Assembly (NCBI RefSeq): GCF_000150275.1
Contig: NW_002060947.1
Span: 2,779,740 to 2,843,739 of the forward strand
Source: Trichoplax adhaerens
Taxonomy: Eukaryota > Animalia > Placozoa
DNA length: 64,000 nt
Reading direction: 5' to 3'
Part shown: in pieces, positions 57,834 to 64,000 of the stretch
Layout of the letters: every line of letters starts with the position of its first letter
Numbering within the stretch: the first letter of the stretch is position 1
Notes under the pieces: model-generated
Database searches by the model: none
What the model was told of the DNA's origin: nothing
The model's input: the letters and a program-made list of their open reading frames with translations, nothing else
Translations under genes and position numbers: made by a program

Positions 57834-57914
57834 TCGATATTTTTAACATGACTTTTCCAAGATACAGCCTCGATTAGCTGTAAGGCTGTCTTGGAAACAT
57901 GTTCAAAATGCCGA
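57834..57914. repeat. Imperfect inverted repeat (hairpin)
   Basis: ttttaacatgacttttccaagatacagcct pairs with aggctgtcttggaaacatgttcaaaa around a ~12-nt loop. Confidence 0.75.
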
Positions 57915-58009
57915 GATCTAATATACAAGCAATAATATCATTTCGATTTGTGTTTACAGTATCCCCACAATCATTTATAGACCTGATGTTCAGTAGGTAG
58001 TCAGTAACA

Positions 58010-58120
58010 TGCTGTACAGTGTACAGTACTGTAGAGATGCAGTACGGTACAGTACAAGTTTTTTTCTTATACTGTACTGTACTCAGTACACTAAAGTCTA
58101 CACAGTACAGTACAGTACAT
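58010..58120. repeat. TACAG/CTGTA array upstream of the LicD-family gene
   Basis: ctgtacagtgtacagtactgta, tactgtactgtact, cagtacagtacagtac. Confidence 0.88.
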
Positions 58121-58593
58121 CGAAAATTTACCAACGTTGCTACAGCTTCCACTGTTGTGTCCATTGACTTAACACTACATTCTGTGTAACATAGTTAATG
58201 AGTTTTAGCAAATATCGAGTTGGAGATTGTAGCCATGTTGTAGCATATATTAAAATGATAAGCTGCATACTAACTGCTATACGTGTATCCTTATTAAATC
58301 AAGTTTAGATTTGACTTCTGCAATATATATTGGGCTAGATGGTCGGGTTACATACCAACTACGCTGGATAGCTGATCTCTGCATAATTTATGTATATAAT
58401 TAATATTAATTATACCTGGAATAAAGTACGTACGTACAGTCACAGTCGCCACAAATTTAGGCGCCCTTATATCATTGCAAGAAAGGTTAAATTTTTTTAA
58501 TGTTGCAACATTAGGCCTCATCGATGTTTTAGTTCTATTAAGAATCGTGACCTACTTATTATACTCTACAGGTCATTGCGTTGTCACTTTATA

Positions 58594-59265
58594 ATGCATT
58601 TCAAATTTACTTACTTTTTAAAGTTTGTTTGCGCGATAACTTTAGTTACATTAACAATTTTACTCTATTATAAGTTAAATGTTCATAATTACTCATGGTA
58701 TCACAACAGAAACATCAAACATCCATGCAAAATTGCTGAAAAGGATATGAAAGCGATGATCGACTTGTTAGGAGGAATTCATCGGACTTTACAGACTCTA
58801 AATGTGACACACTTTTTAATATATGGTACTTTGATAGGCGCTATTAGATATGGAAAAATTTTACCGTGGGACAATGATCTTGATATAGGTGTGCGATGGA
58901 AGGATATTTCACGTTATAGCAATGCACAGTTAACTCTAGCCTTTGCAAAAGAGTCTATTACCACTAAATATTGGTATAAGAACGGTTTATATAGATTACG
59001 AAAAGGTCAATTTGCTCGCGCTGATATAATGATTTTTGACGACTACTATGGTAATGGAGTAATGACAAGAATTGGCATCGAATCGTATTATGGCTGGATT
59101 AATTACAGAAGATATCATGTTTTTCCAGCAAGATTCCTTTTATTGCCGTTACCTACTGTAAATATTGCTGGTGTCAACATATCTATTCCGAGGGAAGGGA
59201 AGACGATAATAAAGTTATTGTACCCTGACGATCATTGGAAGGAGGTGAAACCATTCGGTTGCTGA
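58594..59265 (+). CDS. LicD/fukutin-related nucleotidyltransferase-fold protein, type II membrane, single coding exon (223 aa)
   Basis: N-terminal TM segment FVCAITLVTLTILLYY; LicD signature FLIYGTLIGAIRYGKILPWDNDLDIG; DIMIF strand; LLPLPTVNIAGVNISIP. The ATG is at 58594, just after a likely 5'-UTR acceptor (ctctacag|, 58571). Confidence 0.88.
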   Translation: MHFKFTYFLKFVCAITLVTLTILLYYKLNVHNYSWYHNRNIKHPCKIAEKDMKAMIDLLGGIHRTLQTLNVTHFLIYGTLIGAIRYGKILPWDNDLDIGVRWKDISRYSNAQLTLAFAKESITTKYWYKNGLYRLRKGQFARADIMIFDDYYGNGVMTRIGIESYYGWINYRRYHVFPARFLLLPLPTVNIAGVNISIPREGKTIIKLLYPDDHWKEVKPFGC

Positions 59266-60229
59266 AGTATTCGAGAATATAATTGCAAGTACGAAGTACA
59301 GTCAAGATATAAAGCTGGTTATAATAGAAATATTGAAGATTAATTTCGGAAATATGTTGTAGTAGCACCTGCAGCACTTAGTGAATGAGATGATTTCTTT
59401 ACAGTTATTGTAATAACAATTAGGGAAATTACGTATTTGAGTACTGTTGCATTTTTACACTTGAGATTTAGCGCAATTTCATTGACAATTATTGATAGTG
59501 AATCAGTTATAGTGTTACGATAAATAAATGATATTAAAAACTCGTAAATTATTAACTCTTTCGTAGGAATGGTTTATTAAACTAGGTAATAAATTATAGC
59601 TACTTCTGCGTGTACTCGTATTGTTAAAGTCACTTTAATTTATATTCAGCTAATACTCATTCTGTAACTTAGCAAATCGCCATTAATGGATTTGTCATAC
59701 GATATAATAGTTGTTGATATCTTTTACATGATTTCATTGAGGTGATTCATACGTGCAGTTTATGTGATTATATGCTTCTATGCGTATATCTTAAAATATG
59801 TACATAGTAGTAAACGTACTATAGTATGGGTAATAAAGGCAAAGATACAGTAGCGAATTTATATCGGACTATACCCAATTGAAGTTTTATTAAAATTCTT
59901 TCTAAAAATATATTCTTAATTTTAATATCGTTTCAGTAAGGAAAAGTGCTAAAATACAAGTATGATGCGTATGGTAAGTGGCTTCATTGCGGATGAAGCC
60001 GTCCAGGACAGCTTCCTTCGATAGGGTTGTAGAACTGAATTTCCTGATATGTTTATAAATGGTTATTTAGAGTAAATTATCCACAATACTAATTTAAATT
60101 TACTTTTGGGAGTATGCGTATCAAGATAAAATCGATTCAATGAATGCACACGAGCATCTAAATGCTAATACTGTATAAAGTTAATTTTAATTTTTGAATA
60201 GTATTATCATACCAATATTAAGAGACACT

Positions 60230-60370
60230 ATACTGTAGATAACTTCGAAGGAAGGTACTGTATACTGTACTGTACTGTACTGTACTGTACGTACAGTATA
60301 ATTATTACTCAGTCTACAGTACAATATACTGTAAGAGCTACCATGCAAGCTACAGTACTGTACTGTAGAA
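60230..60370. repeat. TACAG/CTGTA array
   Basis: tactgtatactgtactgtactgtactgtactgtacgtacagta and tacagtactgtactgta. Confidence 0.9.
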
Positions 60371-60845
60371 GTGTAGATGCTGAAATCTCTAGAAAATATA
60401 ATCTTGTAGTCTATTGCTACTGTGCAGTGTGCAGTACTTAACTGGTACTTTTTGAATACCTATTTGTTTGTTAATAAAAATCTCGCAGAAAACTACTGGG
60501 TTCAAAAGCTAATTTTAATTTTTGAAGCGCCTAAGAAAAAATTTAAACACTTTTGCAAGATTTACAAGGCTGACAGGTTATTTGCTCGATGCTTGCAGTA
60601 GAAGTGCAACCATTCCGTAGACACTTATTTGCACCGTTATGAAGGGTTGACTGTACTGTAAATGTGCACCATGATGTGCACTCAGAATCATAAATACGGC
60701 AGATTGCAGACTGAACACTGAACAGTGGAACTTATTCAATGAACAGTCGTAAATCGACATAACAGCACGGACAGCATACTGTACTGTATTCGCTATGCGT
60801 TACTGTATCATAATCAATCTCATGCGATACTGTATAGTACAGAGT

Positions 60846-61110
60846 CAGGGATTACTAAAAAGAAAGACTACTGTACGGTACCACTACAGTATACTGTATA
60901 CTACCTTTGAAACCGTATACCATATTGCACAAAACCAACTTAGCAGGCTAACAGCAGCTAATTTGTACCGCTACAAATACACGACACAGTTGAAATGACC
61001 AGTAAAATAATCAGCCTCCATATTGTTAGTATAGCGAACAACCGTTTTCTGCCTGTCCCGTGTCTTTCTTTTAGTAGGTGGCATATACTGTACTCTTTCT
61101 TTTTAGTAGT
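60846..61110 (-). mobile_element. Diverged, inverted copy of the MITE-like element upstream of HTATSF1
   Basis: It begins cagggattactaaaaagaaaga. Positions 60900-61077 match the reverse complement of 62390-62600, apart from one internal deletion. The terminal motif ctctttctttttagtagt is duplicated at 61093-61110. Confidence 0.85.
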
Positions 61111-61276
61111 AGGAGTTTACTCCTTCACCAAATCCGGCTTTTTTTTCGGCTTGCAGCGGAGACAAGATTGTGTTTCTTCATATTTTTTTAGGTTATACCT
61201 GAAGGTGCGTAGGATACTTGTCTTGGAAAGGCTATCTTAGCAAAGATAGGCGACTCATACTCGTGCATGAGTCCGG

Positions 61277-61345
61277 ACAGTACAGTACAGTACAGTGTAC
61301 AGTACTGTAAACAATACAGTACATTGTACTGTATAGCACAGTACA
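61277..61345. repeat. TACAG array ~70-140 nt upstream of the HTATSF1 ATG
   Basis: acagtacagtacagtacagtgtacagtactgta; scattered units continue into intron 1 (61582-61710). Confidence 0.9.
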
Positions 61346-61416
61346 ATGCAGCTACTGCAGTGATCACAACGGGTGCAGTGACATAGCACTACCGTAAACG
61401 TGATTACAACGTTAAG

Positions 61417-63947
61417 ATGGAATCACGAAAGGATGATCTTGTTGCTGATTTACGTGCTCAAGCACAACAGTATGAAAACTTATCCGAAACTGTTAGTACT
61501 ACAACTAATAGCAAACAACGCGTAGATAATGATGGCGTTGTTTACGAATTTGATGAAGAAAAACGAGCTTGGTTTCCGAAGGTACTATACGTACTGTATG
61601 TACGAATATACTATAAATTCTTGTATGGTCAATCGTACTGTACTAAAGTATAAAGCTATGCAAAGTATCTACCGAATGCAGTTTAATAAACATATAGTAT
61701 ACTGTACGATATATTGTATTGGACGAGGAATAAAATAGTTGATTAATTTGGGGGACATACCAGAACTAGTGACGTTTTTATCCATTATCAATTTTACTCA
61801 CTGTTTACTGTATGCACTGCAATGCACCGCTTAAAATATTACTACATCAAACTATCAAACCTTATGCTGTACTGTACTGACATAATATTGAGAGTAGAGC
61901 TCATAATATAATTGGATATACAGTAGTTAACTTAGGAAATTTAAAATTTAAAAGTATCCAGCTTTGCCTAAGAGGATGAAGTGCGAGGATTTTAACTTAA
62001 AGTAGTTACCAGTAGAAATAACATCGAGATATTCTGGTATAGATACGATAGCAATATTACTGAGGCTTATATATGCATAATAAACAGTAATACGGTATAG
62101 CTTATTTGATGAATTCTTACTTATTATAATTATAGTATTGTAGAATAATCCGTGTGGGCGATATACTACCTCGGTACTATTGCATTTTTAGCAACTAATT
62201 TACGAAACAAATTAATGATTGTATTAGATCGATGACGACTTCATCGCTGCTTATCAGTACCATTATGGAACGAATACGAATCAACAGGAACCTACTACAG
62301 GAGTCATTACAGCTGCAAATATGGCTCCTCCTACCGCTGAAGCTGCTAAGGTAATATAGCAACCTTTCACATTCCAGCTTCAGCCAGGGACTACTAAAAG
62401 AAAGAGATGGGACAGGCAGGAAACGGTTGTTCGCTATACTAATAATATGAAGGCTGATTATTTTACTGGTCATTTCAACTGTGTCGTATGTCTGTAAACG
62501 GTACACTGTACTGTCTGCGATTGACGTCCAAATTAGCTGCTATTAGCCTACTAAGTTGGTTTTGTGCATTATGTTATACGGGTTTCATCGGTAGCATATA
62601 GTAGAATGATCGAAAAAATGATAAGCCTTCACATTATTTTTACAGTGTGATCGTTTCCTTTCCCATCTCTTTCTTTTTAGTAGTCCCTGCTTGTACATAT
62701 TGTAAGCTGAACAAAATTCATTTTGTGTTAAAATCTTGTTAGCCTATCGTAAATGCTTCAAATGCGATTCCCAAGCAAAAGCAGAAAGGGGAAGAATCAA
62801 AAGATAGAAAATCTCAACCTGAAGGTGATATCATGCAATAAAGCTTAATCAGTCACAACTAGCTAAGTCCTTACCTACAGTTATAACATGGAATAGAATA
62901 GTACAATTTAATGTTTACTATCAACCTATATTTCTTCGTGCTAAGAAGTCGCGAAATCATATGCATATTGATTGACTTAAGAATGGTAATCTTTCAATTA
63001 TAGGCTGGTTTGATGTCGATGAAACTAAAAATACGAACGTTTATGTCTCAGGTTCTATATTGATATACGAGATCATAAATTATTAAATAGCTTTTAAAGA
63101 ATAAGATTAAATTAATAGCATCTTAGGGTATTATGGAGAAAAGCCAGTTTTGGTATCACCAGTCTAAGCGTGTAGTTATAGTAAGAAAATTTTCGCCTTG
63201 TAATTAATTTGATGTTAGGCTTACCTATGGACACTACAGAAGAAGAATTCGTAGAATTAATGAGTAAATGTGGTATAATTATGCAGGACGATGACACTAG
63301 TATGTAAATATATATTCGTAAAGAAAAGTTATTATCATCTATAATGAAAGTGTTAGATTGACGGTGGATGTCGGTTTATCGTTATTCATAATAAAAATAG
63401 AAGAATTCAAGGTGAAACTTTATAGGGATACAGATGGGCAATTGAAGGGTGACGGACGATGCTGCTACTTGAAGGTATACTCGATAACGAACATTGAATT
63501 GCTGATTTACGCTTACTGTAGTTAAAAACTATTCTAAAAATCCGTTCGTGTCATGGTAATTTGCGCAAACAGCTCCTAATCAGTCGTTCGAATAACATTT
63601 GCTCAAGCAGCGATTCCTATTTCGATCCTAGGTCGAGTCAGTAGACCTCGCTTTACAAATTCTTGATGGTTCCTTATTTAAAGACAGCACAATTAATGTT
63701 GAGAGGGTAAAGTACCTACTAATGCATGTCAGAATGTGAAGATATATAGCTAAATAGACGTTAGAGACCTCCATTTGGGAGATGCAACCAATTCGAATTA
63801 AAGTATTTAATTTCTCCTGTTGTCTATCAAAAGTTAAACGTGATATTGAATCTTTTAGGCGATGTTTACGTTAAAAGGACGGTATGACCCATCGCTGCGA
63901 AAAAAGAAGAAAAACACGAAAAAGAGAAAGAGAAAAACACAGGAAAA
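61417..63947 (+). CDS. HTATSF1: HIV Tat-specific factor 1 / Cus2 homolog (RRM/UHM splicing factor), 3'-truncated by the window edge
   Basis: Exons: DGVVYEFDEEKRAWFPK|IDDDFIAAYQYHYG; GWFDVDETKNTNVYVSG|LPMDTTEEEFVELMSKCGIIMQD; FKVKLYRDTDGQLKGDGRCCYLK|VESVDLALQILDG; AMFTLKGRYDP. These match the HTATSF1 RRM1 region. Confidence 0.93.
62385..62689 (+). mobile_element. MITE-like non-autonomous DNA transposon (305 bp, CAGGG termini, long imperfect TIRs) in HTATSF1 intron 2
   Basis: The left end cagggactactaaaagaaagagatggga and right end tcccatctctttctttttagtagtccctg are near-perfect inverted repeats, and imperfect complementarity extends to ~85 bp. It has no coding capacity and two other copies lie in this window. 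No clean target-site duplication is visible. Confidence 0.85.
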
Positions 63948-64000
63948 GTAATTCACTGCCATACATATTAGAGTATACCATTTGAAAAAGTTTCATAATA

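Noticed and set aside
57501-58164. ORFs rich in TVQYSTVLYC (also 42948..43166)
   Set aside because: These are translations of TACAG/CTGTA arrays, which lack stop codons.
60995-62506. Two ORFs sharing MTSKIISLHI..., looking like a duplicated small gene
   Set aside because: Both are read from the two inverted MITE copies and diverge at the element edge.

Overview
This window is AT-rich eukaryotic (animal) DNA with many short, mostly 70-120 nt GT-AG introns. Gene content and compactness resemble a placozoan (Trichoplax-like) genome, but that is an inference. It holds six genes: the 3' part of HERC2 (+, to 15700); a convergent ARHGAP6-like RhoGAP (-, 17754-29060) with a repeat-containing N/Q-rich tail; after ~14 kb of non-coding DNA, an intron-rich NRPS-like A-T-R-R enzyme resembling fungal glycine-betaine reductase ATRR (+, 43983-52216); GOPC (-); a single-coding-exon LicD/fukutin-family gene (+); and the 5' part of HTATSF1 (+). 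The main non-coding signals are (i) strand-flipping TACAG/CTGTA pentamer arrays concentrated at gene 5' ends, (ii) three copies of a ~300-bp CAGGG-ended MITE-like element, two of them in those promoter regions, and (iii) two hairpin or palindrome elements. Exon boundaries were read by eye and may be off by a few bases. No database searches were run.
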